Below are positions 19,321 to 28,758 of a stretch of DNA of 64,000 bases, piece by piece (position 1 is the stretch's first letter; each line of letters opens with the position of its first letter). The notes under the pieces are model-generated. The model made no database searches, was not told the origin of the DNA, and saw nothing but the letters and a program-made list of their open reading frames with translations. A program made the translations under genes and the position numbers. This DNA comes from a virus (lineage: Duplodnaviria > Heunggongvirae > Uroviricota > Caudoviricetes): the IMG/VR virus record IMGVR_UViG_3300028992_000036; one strand, 5' to 3'.

Positions 19321-19346
19321 AGCGCCCACTATGGGCGCTTTTTTTC
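19321..19346 (+). terminator. Rho-independent terminator
   Basis: AGCGCCCACTATGGGCGCT hairpin + TTTTTTT; same hairpin (no T-run) at 18819-18839. Confidence 0.6.
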
Positions 19347-19367
19347 GTTTCCAATACACCTACCATA

Positions 19368-19392
19368 ACGCGCCATCATTGGCGCGTTTTTA
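19368..19392 (+). terminator. second hairpin terminator
   Basis: AACGCGCCA-tcat-TGGCGCGTT followed by TTTTT. Confidence 0.45.
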
Positions 19393-19804
19393 TTGTCTTT
19401 AACTCACTCCAACAACATAAAAATAAGCGCCAAAATAACGCCATAGACGCGCTTTTATATCCTTACCAGTACATGCCCATTACTTAACACATTAACGCGC
19501 TTAAAACGCATTATATTGCGCTATAGAGTATGGTTAATCATTGGCTTTTAGTCTTGCTATGTGATCCGCGTTTATTTGTCGGTGCGGATCGGCATTTTGT
19601 TTTGTTCTGTATCCGCTCGCGTATTATGTGCGCGTGATTTTTCACATAATCACACCACTTAATCACGTATGTGATTATGCTACGAAAGAAATCTGGATGT
19701 CTCAGGCGACGAAAGTCATCATAATTTCCCCCGCTCACCTGTCCGACAACCGCTGGTTGGATTCCACCAGCTTCCCGATGTTTTTTCTACACAAAGGCGA
19801 ATGC

Positions 19805-19921
19805 AGCCGTTTCCCGAAAAAATCCTGGCCGTTCCCCGTCGGCTCATGAATACGTTCCTCGCCGTTTCTGAAAATTTCCCTGCGGCAGCTGGTGGCTATA
19901 GAGAAAGGGCCGTTTCTGGCC
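19805..19921. repeat. iteron-like direct repeats (GCCGTT(T)CCC(C)GAA family), cluster 1
   Basis: 4-5 copies at ~20-22 bp spacing in a convergent intergenic region. Confidence 0.45.
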
Positions 19922-19931
19922 CTCTTCTCAG

Positions 19932-20414
19932 TTACACGCCATCAAGGATGTGGATGCGGTTGCTTGCGTATACATTCAGCATAAAGTTAGCGCAAAACAG
20001 TTTCCATGTATCAACGCCAGCGGTATACGTAATGTTTTTGCATTTAATTGCATTGTTGGCGATCCGCATCCCCTGCGATACTGCTTCATCGTCGGAAAAT
20101 TTGAACGACGATTGAGTTTTAATCCAGACAGAAATCTGCGTAGCGAACTCAATCAGCTTGGACTGGCAGAATCGCCCGGAGCGCACCGGAAAGACGAACG
20201 TTCCGAATCCAGAATTTACCACATATGCTTTCTCAAATACCCGCGAGTAACGACGATTGCCAATGATGTCGCGTGCAATAATGCATTTTTCTTGTGCTGA
20301 CAGTTCTACCGTCTCATTGTCGCGCCATGCACCAAGTACTCGTTTTTCAATGTCAGAGAACGTTACAGCGATATTGCCATGTGCGGGTGCGTTTACAGTA
20401 GCGATAAAATTCAT
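19932..20414 (-). CDS. hypothetical early protein
   Basis: 160 aa; AAGGA RBS; motif A upstream at 20435-20467. Confidence 0.5.
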   Translation of the reverse strand: MNFIATVNAPAHGNIAVTFSDIEKRVLGAWRDNETVELSAQEKCIIARDIIGNRRYSRVFEKAYVVNSGFGTFVFPVRSGRFCQSKLIEFATQISVWIKTQSSFKFSDDEAVSQGMRIANNAIKCKNITYTAGVDTWKLFCANFMLNVYASNRIHILDGV

Positions 20415-20764
20415 GATTAATTCCTTATCGTAAATAACAAATTGTTTTCTTGTTGGTGTTAATTATCGTTGTACGAATAAGGCGTCAAAGTGGAAAGTTG
20501 CGGTAGCCGGACGGGAACAGGTGGGTTTGTCGGTTGCCTGGAGGTAAGAGGTTGGTGTTATTAGCCTGAGGGAAACAGGATGGTCATTTAAGACCACCAA
20601 TGCTGGTGGCCTTAATAATTATCGCCCGATTACGCTAAGGATCTTTTCCTCAACTGATTTGTTGTTGCGACTAAACTGCCTTGCGTATCTGATGACAGAA
20701 GAGGCGTTTTGCTTTCTGACCATCTCGGCTCTTTCCTTCAGGCGTTTCTTGAAATCGCCCATAT

Positions 20765-21139
20765 TTACCACCAGGCGCAGAAGGTCAGTCTGTTATTGTG
20801 AAAGTCGTGGTTCTTAATCAGATCTTCCACAAGCTCTTTCAACTGCCCCACATCATGCCAGTAACCTTCGTCGTACTCCTGACTGCCGAAGAAAAAACCT
20901 TCCCGAGTAGGCAAGTACTCTTCGCAATTGCTTTCGTTTATGTGCATCAAATGAGCTTTCAGAAGACAAATGTCATTCATCGTTAATTCTAAAAGCTCAC
21001 AATTTTCGACTTCACCTACGTTGCGCTCCATCCACCCAACGAGCGCATTGAACTTACGGAAGTAAGCAACCTGCTTTCTGGATGCCTCGTTATTCAGATC
21101 GTTTTTAGGCTGTGTCTCGATATAGATATCAAGTCCCAT
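20765..21139 (-). CDS. small acidic hypothetical early protein
   Basis: ATG 21139 with AAGGAAA RBS; motif A core at 21196-21210. Confidence 0.5.
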   Translation of the reverse strand: MGLDIYIETQPKNDLNNEASRKQVAYFRKFNALVGWMERNVGEVENCELLELTMNDICLLKAHLMHINESNCEEYLPTREGFFFGSQEYDEGYWHDVGQLKELVEDLIKNHDFHNNRLTFCAWW

Positions 21140-21256
21140 GATGGTTTCCTTATTAACTTGCTTCAGTAAAATCATTTTCACAAATCAGATAAGGCAGAAA
21201 ACAAATTGTTATCGGGCTTAATAAAATGGCGCGGTTTACGCGCCATTTAAAGAGGA

Positions 21257-21652
21257 TTAAGCGAATACGCTTTCAGGGATTAAGGTGTCGGCAGGAATGC
21301 CAGAGGTAATGCGCAGGCCGTACTGACCAATCCAGGTAGTGTTGGTATTCAGGCTGGAGGCGAATACGGTGTTAACCATATTCATCATGGTTTCAAACAC
21401 CTCTTCATCAACCTGGCGGAAGTAGTTCTCGATTTTCAGCAGCAGCGGGTCAGTTGCATCGAGAATGGACTGGTATTGAGTCGCGTACTCGCCGCCGGAG
21501 GCATCACCTTTACGCACGATCGTACTGGCCTGGACTTCGGCACCAGTTTCGGTGTTGTACGTAACAACGGTAATTTTTGCCACATTCTTACCTTCGGCGG
21601 TTTCAGAGGCATAGTAAACATCAACTGTCAGTTTTTCGCGTTTAACGGTCAT
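21257..21652 (-). CDS. hypothetical protein
   Basis: 131 aa; GGAGAG RBS; preceded by motif B (21695-21716) and a terminator. Confidence 0.5.
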   Translation of the reverse strand: MTVKREKLTVDVYYASETAEGKNVAKITVVTYNTETGAEVQASTIVRKGDASGGEYATQYQSILDATDPLLLKIENYFRQVDEEVFETMMNMVNTVFASSLNTNTTWIGQYGLRITSGIPADTLIPESVFA

Positions 21653-21716
21653 TTCACTCTCCGTAGTGTCTTGATTATTTTTCTATTTTATAATCGTAGG
21701 TATGTACTTACAATAC

Positions 21717-21744
21717 AAAAAAGCCCCGTAAGGATGGCGGGGCT
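21717..21744 (-). terminator. Rho-independent terminator
   Basis: GCCCCG-taaggatgg-CGGGGC hairpin followed by TTTTTT on the minus strand. Confidence 0.5.
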
Positions 21745-21778
21745 GTCGTACGGTCGACTAATTACCACTTGCACATTA

Positions 21779-22090
21779 TCAGGCTATTGCCATCACTGAT
21801 GCTCTCTGAATTTCTTGCTGGGCCACGCGGTTAACTTCCATCAAAGCCAGTTCGAGCTGATGTTCCGGCCACATTCTTTGAAATGCCATCCAGCCTTTTC
21901 CACGCTGGCGACGAACATTCATTACATAACGAGTAAAGGTGTTTTTATCGAAAGACACCGCTGTTTCACGGAACAGACGAATAGAGGTTCCATTGGCAAC
22001 GATGTCCAGCAAAGTTAATTGAGCAACCAGCGCAGGCTTCTCTTTTCTCTTCTGGTCTTTGTCCAGACCAAGAACCAATGATTTTTTCAT
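21779..22090 (-). CDS. small basic hypothetical early protein
   Basis: ATG 22090 with GGAG RBS; motif A at 22102-22135. Confidence 0.45.
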   Translation of the reverse strand: MKKSLVLGLDKDQKRKEKPALVAQLTLLDIVANGTSIRLFRETAVSFDKNTFTRYVMNVRRQRGKGWMAFQRMWPEHQLELALMEVNRVAQQEIQRASVMAIA

Positions 22091-22244
22091 CACAACTCCG
22101 TAAACAACTTGTTTTCTCAATGGCGTAAATAATACCAGTAAGAAAACGGCTACAAAGCATATTGATCAGGTGTATGAGCGATATGCAGGTTCTTCCCTGC
22201 GGCTACAGATGAAGTTAAGCCAGCATTGCTGGCTTTGGTTGGGT

Positions 22245-22574
22245 TTACTCGAATACTTCAAGAAACTCCTGAACGTCCCAATGCTGGACGAGGTGAAGAT
22301 AGACCTTAGAAATCACGTCATTTTCGCTATCGCATGTGAAGTAGTACTTCTGGCTGCGGTTGTATGTGTCCACACAAAATTCGCTCATATCCATAAAGTC
22401 AGCATCTTCACCCATGTCGCAAATCATCAAAGCAGGTGCATCATCACGAGTCATCAGCTCCAGCACCCATCTTGAATTAATCAGAGTGGAAGACCAACCT
22501 TCCAGCTCATAGAACTGGTCAAACTCTTTTTGAGTTAATTTCTTGATTTGGTTGATGTCGATATTTGCAAACAT
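22245..22574 (-). CDS. small highly acidic hypothetical early protein
   Basis: ATG 22574 with AAGGA RBS; motif A directly upstream (22586-22620); D/E-rich composition. Confidence 0.5.
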   Translation of the reverse strand: MFANIDINQIKKLTQKEFDQFYELEGWSSTLINSRWVLELMTRDDAPALMICDMGEDADFMDMSEFCVDTYNRSQKYYFTCDSENDVISKVYLHLVQHWDVQEFLEVFE

Positions 22575-22929
22575 AAAGCAATCCTTAAACAACATGTTTT
22601 CTTGATGGTGTTATTATCGCAATAACGCACAGGCGAAAAAGGATTTTATTCCGGTGAATATGGTTTTGGCAGTGAGTTTTCAGGTTCAGTACCGAGTATA
22701 CTTTTTACATTATTCTGATTTAGTGGCCGAAGGTGGCTGGTGGGCAGAATAATCCTCTCCCCGAAAACCTACTGAAATCGATTGTGACCCGTTGGCTGTC
22801 TGGCACAATTACGCTGTAGCTGGGCATTCAGAGGGAATCCAGCGGTAAGCAAGTCCGCCTACGTGAGCGCCTCTCTTCTTCCCGCACATTACAGGTGGGT
22901 AGCCGCAACTCTCCCTCTCGCTATACCGG

Positions 22930-23075
22930 TACGCCGCCGTTCCTGAACCGGCATCGAGCCTTTTCCCGAAATCCACACAGGCAACTCGACCGTTTCCCTG
23001 AAAACCTCCAGCCGTTCCCCGAAGGCAACCCAGCCGTTTCTGTAGCGGGATGCAACCTTTTCCCTGTATGGACCG
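22930..23075. repeat. iteron-like direct repeats (CCGTT(T)CCC(T)GAA family), cluster 2
   Basis: About six copies at ~21-bp phase; same family as 19805-19921. Confidence 0.45.
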
Positions 23076-24136
23076 AAGGCTGACCGTAGGGGTGTTACGG
23101 GGGATAAAATCAGGAGTTGAATAAATACGAAAAAGGAGGCGACACCCCTCCTTCCCTCCCCACTTATACATACCTGGCTTCTTCGCTATACATGTTGTGT
23201 TTTATCTGTCTCAACCTCTCTATAGGCGTTAATGCTCACTCCTTCCAGAATGTTCTATACGGCAACTATTTCTGTTGGTGAATTGGGTGTGTTGTTCTCT
23301 CTGTCGGTGTATGTGGTTTCGTTCGTTTTGCGGTGGTTCTTCTATGGGGTGTTCTCGTCGTTTTGGTGATTGTTCTTCTCCGTGTATGGAGTAATGGCAG
23401 GTGGGCGATTCCTTTCGTTGTTGTGTTTGAGTTGTTTGTCTGGAGTGTGTGAAAGGCTTTTGCAGTTATTCGTGTATTGGGTAATGGCATTTCCCGTGAT
23501 TGTTGTGTTTCGTGTCTTTTGGGATTGAGAGAAACCTTGCGGTTACAGGCTTCGTTGGGGTTTCAGTGATTCTGGTGTTCTTCGCTGTTTGGGGAATGGC
23601 GTGTCGTGGGTATCGCGCGTATGAATGTTTTCGGATTGCCTGTGAAAGTTAGGTTGGTTGTCCGGTAGCCTGGGGAGAAGAGGTGGGTCTTTTCGGTAGC
23701 CTGCCATAAAGAGGTTGGTTGTTTTTGGAAATGGCATTTGTGTTATTTAGTTGTTTTGTTATGCCTGAAAATAAGTTGTTTATATGGTTGTGTAACGCAA
23801 CGGGAGCGATTTTGAGCGTGTGTTTTTGTTGGTAGTATGTTGGGTCGTCTGTGGTGAAAATTGGACGCTGTGGCGCTGTCTGCTGCGTAGAGTTACGGGT
23901 ATAAGCAGTGATGTGTGAAAACGTCAATTTTTTAGACCAAATCGGGTGAAAGCGTTGATGTTTCGTTGATCTGTTATTCAGTTGTTTTCTTGATTGTATA
24001 AACAACTATAACTTATTGATATTTAAGGATGTGATTGCGGGTATGGAAGAAGAGTAGTGGCGATCAACGGATTCTTATAGAAAAGAATCAAATTGTGACC
24101 GCCATTATCAACTGATTGATTTGTTTACTTGTGTAG

Positions 24137-24535
24137 TCAGTTCTCGAAATGAATAGGGTCAACGTAATGCCGCTCACCGCTTTTACCATTACACAGCACT
24201 GTAACTTTCGCCTTTTCACTCCAGGCTGAGTATAGAAAGTTCCCATCAGGTTGAACATGGTAACGAGAGAAGTAAACATCGCCGACTGAGGCGTCGAACA
24301 TGTTCCTATCTTTTTCACTTTGGGCAAGCGAGATGGATATCACCGAATTCCCATTTGGGGAAACGATTTTAAATTTATTCCCTATATCCATAACAATATT
24401 GTAACCAGGTAATTGCTTGTGTGTTTCCGGATCTATTTTCATGCATCGTGGGTACACGATAGTGTTAGGCTCTTCAACTGGCGTGGCATTAGCAGAAAGC
24501 ACAAAAAATATTAGTGCCAATGGTGCATATTTCAT
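24137..24535 (-). CDS. small secreted protein, putative
   Basis: Signal peptide MKYAPLALIFFVLSANA; GAGGGA RBS; 132 aa; low GC. Confidence 0.5.
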   Translation of the reverse strand: MKYAPLALIFFVLSANATPVEEPNTIVYPRCMKIDPETHKQLPGYNIVMDIGNKFKIVSPNGNSVISISLAQSEKDRNMFDASVGDVYFSRYHVQPDGNFLYSAWSEKAKVTVLCNGKSGERHYVDPIHFEN

Positions 24536-24735
24536 TTATCCCTCACAATTTCCAATTTTCCAGACCATCGTCTATTTCAGCGTCAGGGTGGAATTGTACC
24601 GCATCAAATCCTACATCGAGCACCTTTCGAATGTTCTTGATGGTTAGACTGGCCCCCTGAATCTCCAGACAACCAGTATCACTTAAATAAGTGATAGTCT
24701 TAATACTAGTTTTTAGACTAGTCATTGGAGAACAG

Positions 24736-25101
24736 ATGATTGATGTCTTAGGGCCGGAGAAACGCAGACGGCGTACCACACAGGAAAAGATCGCAATTGT
24801 TCAGCAGAGCTTTGAACCGGGGATGACGGTCTCCCTCGTTGCCCGGCAACATGGTGTAGCAGCCAGCCAGTTATTTCTCTGGCGTAAGCAATACCAGGAA
24901 GGAAGTCTTACTGCTGTCGCCGCCGGAGAACAGGTTGTTCCTGCCTCTGAACTTGCTGCCGCCATGAAGCAGATTAAAGAACTCCAGCGCCTGCTCGGCA
25001 AGAAAACGATGGAAAATGAACTCCTCAAAGAAGCCGTTGAATATGGACGGGCAAAAAAGTGGATAGCGCACGCGCCCTTATTGCCCGGGGATGGGGAGTA
25101 A
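24736..25101 (+). CDS. insC: IS2 transposase OrfA (InsC)
   Basis: [32 protein letters not shown]... recognised as IS2 InsC. Confidence 0.85.
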
Positions 25102-25964
25102 GCTTAGTCAGCCGTTGTCTCCGGGTGTCGCGTGCGCAGTTGCACGTCATTCTCAGACGAACCGATGACTGGATGGATGGCCGCCGCAGTCGTCACACTG
25201 ATGATACGGATGTGCTTCTCCGTATACACCATGTTATCGGAGAGCTGCCCACGTATGGTTATCGTCGGGTATGGGCGCTGCTTCGCAGACAGGCAGAACT
25301 TGATGGTATGCCTGCGATCAATGCCAAACGTGTTTACCGGATCATGCGCCAGAATGCGCTGTTGCTTGAGCGAAAACCTGCTGTACCGCCATCGAAACGG
25401 GCACATACAGGCAGAGTGGCCGTGAAAGAAAGCAATCAGCGATGGTGCTCTGACGGGTTCGAGTTCTGCTGTGATAACGGAGAGAGACTGCGTGTCACGT
25501 TCGCGCTGGACTGCTGTGATCGTGAGGCACTGCACTGGGCGGTGACTACCGGCGGCTTCAACAGTGAAACAGTACAGGACGTCATGCTGGGAGCGGTGGA
25601 ACGCCGCTTCGGCAACGATCTTCCGTCGTCTCCAGTGGAATGGCTGACGGATAATGGTTCATGCTACCGGGCTAATGAAACACGCCAGTTCGCCCGGATG
25701 TTGGGACTTGAACCGAAGAACACGGCGGTGCGGAGTCCGGAGAGTAACGGAATAGCAGAGAGCTTCGTGAAAACGATAAAGCGTGACTACATCAGTATCA
25801 TGCCCAAACCAGACGGGTTAACGGCAGCAAAGAACCTTACAGAGGCGTTCGAGCATTATAACGAATGGCATCCGCATAGTGCGCTGGGTTATCGCTCGCC
25901 ACGGGAATATCTGCGGCAGCGGGCTTGTAATGGGTTAAGTGATAACAGATGTCTGGAAATATAG
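25059..25964 (+). CDS. insD: IS2 transposase OrfB (InsD), DDE catalytic domain
   Basis: GTG start; [23 protein letters not shown]... recognised as IS2 InsD; overlaps insC in the -1 frame. Confidence 0.85.
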
Positions 25965-26165
25965 GGGCAAATCCAATGGTTTGCTATGTGACACCGTAAT
26001 CACGCAGCTTTTCTTCCCTCCCCTGACTCCCCCATACTCCGTTTCTGTACCCAATTGAGTCCGAGATTGTATGGTGCTCGAAACAGATATTTGGTAGACA
26101 CTCAGAGTCATGCTGTGTAACGAGGGTAGGGCTACTAACTGTCGTCTTATACAATTTGGTGAGTT

Positions 26166-26414
26166 TCAGCATTTTACCACCCCGTTCGGAAACAACTCAT
26201 TCGCCGTAGTTGATATAACCTCCCAATTAACGCCGACATCAGCGTTATGGCATTGTCTGATTTTTTGCATCACCTGTACGCATTGTTCATCAGTGAGATC
26301 TGTCCTTACTTCAGCAATATCTTCTTTGTGCCACATAACCATGAGTAAGGGTTCGTCTTCTGGATAGTTTTTCAGTTTCTCGATGATTTCTTTTGCTGTT
26401 CCAAACATCTTCAT
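26166..26414 (-). CDS. small acidic hypothetical protein with two upstream motif-A copies
   Basis: 82 aa; GGAG RBS; motif A at 26419-26453 and 26467-26486 links it to the phage-like early genes. Confidence 0.45.
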   Translation of the reverse strand: MKMFGTAKEIIEKLKNYPEDEPLLMVMWHKEDIAEVRTDLTDEQCVQVMQKIRQCHNADVGVNWEVISTTANELFPNGVVKC

Positions 26415-26520
26415 CTCCTAAACAATTTGTTTTCTTATATGACTTATTATCTCAATCAACAAAAGGTAGAAAACAAATTGTTTTAGAGTTTGTTAAAGTC
26501 AGAAGGGGTTGTGTCTATAT

Positions 26521-26546
26521 GAAAATGCCCGGCGTGTTGCCGGGCA
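26521..26546 (-). terminator. metG intrinsic terminator
   Basis: GCCCGGC-aacac-GCCGGGC hairpin followed by ATTTT on the minus strand, ~25 nt after the metG stop. Confidence 0.5.
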
Positions 26547-26567
26547 TTGCGAAGAGAGGTTGTTTAA

Positions 26568-28601
26568 TTACTTAACCTGGTGGCCAGGTTTAGCACCAGC
26601 ATCCGGGCTTAACAGGAAGATATCTTTCCCGCCGGGGCCAGCAGCCATCACCATGCCTTCAGAGATACCGAAGCGCATTTTACGTGGTGCCAGGTTAGCC
26701 ACCATAATGGTGTGACGACCAATCAGTGCCTGTGGATCTGGATAAGCGGAACGGATGCCTGAGAAGACATTACGCTTTTCACCACCGAGATCCAGCGTCA
26801 GGCGAAGCAGTTTGTCAGAACCTTCTACAAACTCTGCGTTTTCAATCAGCGCCACGCGCAGGTCAACTTTGGCGAAGTCGTCAAAGGTGATAGTTTCCTG
26901 AATCGGGTCGTCAGCCAGTGGGCCAGTTACCGGTGCGGCTGTGGCTTTCACTTCTTCTTTGGATGCTTCCACCAGTGCTTCAACCTGCTTCATATCGATG
27001 CGGTTATACAGTGCCTTGAACGGATTCACTTTATGGCCCAGCAGCGGTTGCTGGATACCATCCCAGGTCAGTTCTGTATTCAGGAATGCTTCTGCACGTT
27101 CAGTCAGTTTCGGCAGTACCGGTTTCAGGTACGTCATCAGCACGCGGAACAGGTTAATGCCCATAGAGCAAATCGCCTGCAGATCGGCATCGCGTCCTTC
27201 CTGCTTTGCCACCACCCACGGAGCCTGTTCATCAACATAGCGGTTAGCCAGGTCAGCCAGTGCCATGATTTCACGGATAGCTTTGCCAAATTCGCGGCTT
27301 TCCCATGCTTCGCCAATCACTTCAGCGGCATCAGTAAAGGTTTTGTACAGTTGCGGGTCAGCCAGTTCGCTTGCCAGCACGCCGTCAAAACGCTTGTTGA
27401 TAAAGCCTGCATTACGGGAGGCCAGGTTAACCACTTTGTTAACGATATCGGCATTCACACGCTGAACGAAATCTTCCAGGTTGAGATCGATATCATCAAT
27501 GCGCGAAGAGAGTTTCGCAGTGTAGTAGTAACGCAGGCTGTCGGCGTCAAAATGATTCAGCCAGGTGCTGGCTTTAATAAAGGTGCCGCGAGACTTGGAC
27601 ATCTTCGCGCCGTTCACCGTCACATAGCCGTGAACAAACAGGTTGGTCGGCTTGCGGAAGTTGCTGCCTTCCAGCATGGCAGGCCAGAACAGGCTGTGGA
27701 AGTAAACGATATCTTTGCCGATGAAGTGGTACAGCTCGGCGGTGGAGTCTTTCTTCCAGTATTCGTCGAAGCTGGTAGTGTCGCCGCGTTTGTCGCACAG
27801 ATTCTTGAAGGAACCCATGTAGCCAATCGGCGCGTCCAGCCAGACGTAGAAGTATTTGCCCGGTGCGTTCGGAATTTCAAAACCGAAGTAAGGTGCGTCA
27901 CGGGAGATATCCCACTGTTGCAGGCCAGATTCAAACCACTCCTGCATTTTGTTTGCCACCTGCTCCTGCAACGCACCGCTGCGGGTCCATGCCTGCAACA
28001 TTTCGCTGAAAGAAGGCAGATCAAAGAAGAAGTGTTCGGAATCACGCATTACCGGTGTAGCGCCAGAAACCACTGATTTCGGCTCGATCAGTTCCGTCGG
28101 GCTGTATGTCGCGCCGCAGACTTCACAGTTATCGCCGTATTGATCCGGCGCTTTACATTTCGGGCATGTGCCTTTTACAAAACGGTCCGGCAGGAACATG
28201 CCTTTTTCCGGGTCGTACAGCTGAGAGATGGTGCGGTTTTTAATAAAACCGTTCTCTTTCAGGCGAGTATAGATAAGCTCGGACAACTGACGGTTCTCTT
28301 CGCTGTGCGTCGAGTGATAGTTGTCATAGCTGATGTTAAAGCCTGCGAAATCAGTCTGATGTTCCTGACTCATTTCGCCAATCATCTGTTCCGGTGTGAT
28401 ACCAAGCTGCTGTGCTTTCAGCATGATTGGCGTACCGTGGGCATCGTCGGCACAGATGAAATTAACCTCGTGGCCGCGCATTCGCTGGTAACGAACCCAG
28501 ACATCAGCCTGGATGTGCTCCAGCATATGGCCGAGGTGGATTGAGCCGTTAGCGTACGGCAGCGCGCACGTCACCAGAATTTTCTTCGCGACTTGGGTCA
28601 T
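26568..28601 (-). CDS. metG: methionyl-tRNA synthetase
   Basis: Protein from [29 protein letters not shown]... with class I HIGH motif (HLGH) and KMSKS; 677 aa; track ORF over-extended by 43 codons. Confidence 0.95.
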   Translation of the reverse strand: MTQVAKKILVTCALPYANGSIHLGHMLEHIQADVWVRYQRMRGHEVNFICADDAHGTPIMLKAQQLGITPEQMIGEMSQEHQTDFAGFNISYDNYHSTHSEENRQLSELIYTRLKENGFIKNRTISQLYDPEKGMFLPDRFVKGTCPKCKAPDQYGDNCEVCGATYSPTELIEPKSVVSGATPVMRDSEHFFFDLPSFSEMLQAWTRSGALQEQVANKMQEWFESGLQQWDISRDAPYFGFEIPNAPGKYFYVWLDAPIGYMGSFKNLCDKRGDTTSFDEYWKKDSTAELYHFIGKDIVYFHSLFWPAMLEGSNFRKPTNLFVHGYVTVNGAKMSKSRGTFIKASTWLNHFDADSLRYYYTAKLSSRIDDIDLNLEDFVQRVNADIVNKVVNLASRNAGFINKRFDGVLASELADPQLYKTFTDAAEVIGEAWESREFGKAIREIMALADLANRYVDEQAPWVVAKQEGRDADLQAICSMGINLFRVLMTYLKPVLPKLTERAEAFLNTELTWDGIQQPLLGHKVNPFKALYNRIDMKQVEALVEASKEEVKATAAPVTGPLADDPIQETITFDDFAKVDLRVALIENAEFVEGSDKLLRLTLDLGGEKRNVFSGIRSAYPDPQALIGRHTIMVANLAPRKMRFGISEGMVMAAGPGGKDIFLLSPDAGAKPGHQVK

Positions 28602-28758
28602 AGTAGGCATTACTTCTTTGTAGTGAAAAGGGGCTTGATAGTAACAAAATGGCCTTATGTCTGCCATGTGATAACAGCATTTCTCATAAATGATTAAATG
28701 TCGTAGCTGGAGTACACTACAAGGCGACAATTGCGCAAATTAAAATAAAGGAGACGGG

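Larger units (their letters stand above)
24645..25975 (+). mobile_element. IS2 (IS3 family), intact, 1331 bp
   Basis: Ends TAGACTGGCCCCC... and ...GGGGCAAATCCA; InsC/InsD proteins recognised; 5-bp target duplication ATGGT at 24640-24644 and 25976-25980. Confidence 0.9.

Noticed and set aside
22700-22900. Possible tRNA or structured RNA gene in the non-coding tract
   Set aside because: No T-loop (GTTCGAATC-like) motif or cloverleaf could be recognised by eye; unsupported without a covariance-model scan.
23266-24005. ORFs 23266-23490 and 23649-24005 in the GT-skewed tract
   Set aside because: Translations are low-complexity (T/P/H/R/Q-rich), lack RBS and arise from strand compositional bias; treated as non-coding.
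25984-26172. 62-aa ORF adjacent to the IS2 right end, and 24543-24779 spanning the IS2 left junction
   Set aside because: After removing IS2 and one duplication copy no continuous ORF is restored; both are junction artefacts.
27033-28076. 347-aa plus-strand ORF inside metG, and similar antisense ORFs (1659-2300 in the major tail gene, 39385-40023, 45912-46307 in nrdA)
   Set aside because: Antisense to strongly supported genes, no RBS, low-complexity composition; antisense artefacts.
26568-28730. 720-aa ORF-track version of metG starting MSPCSVLQ...
   Set aside because: The recognised MetG N-terminus [11 protein letters not shown] begins 43 codons downstream at ATG 28601; the track extends to an upstream alternative start.
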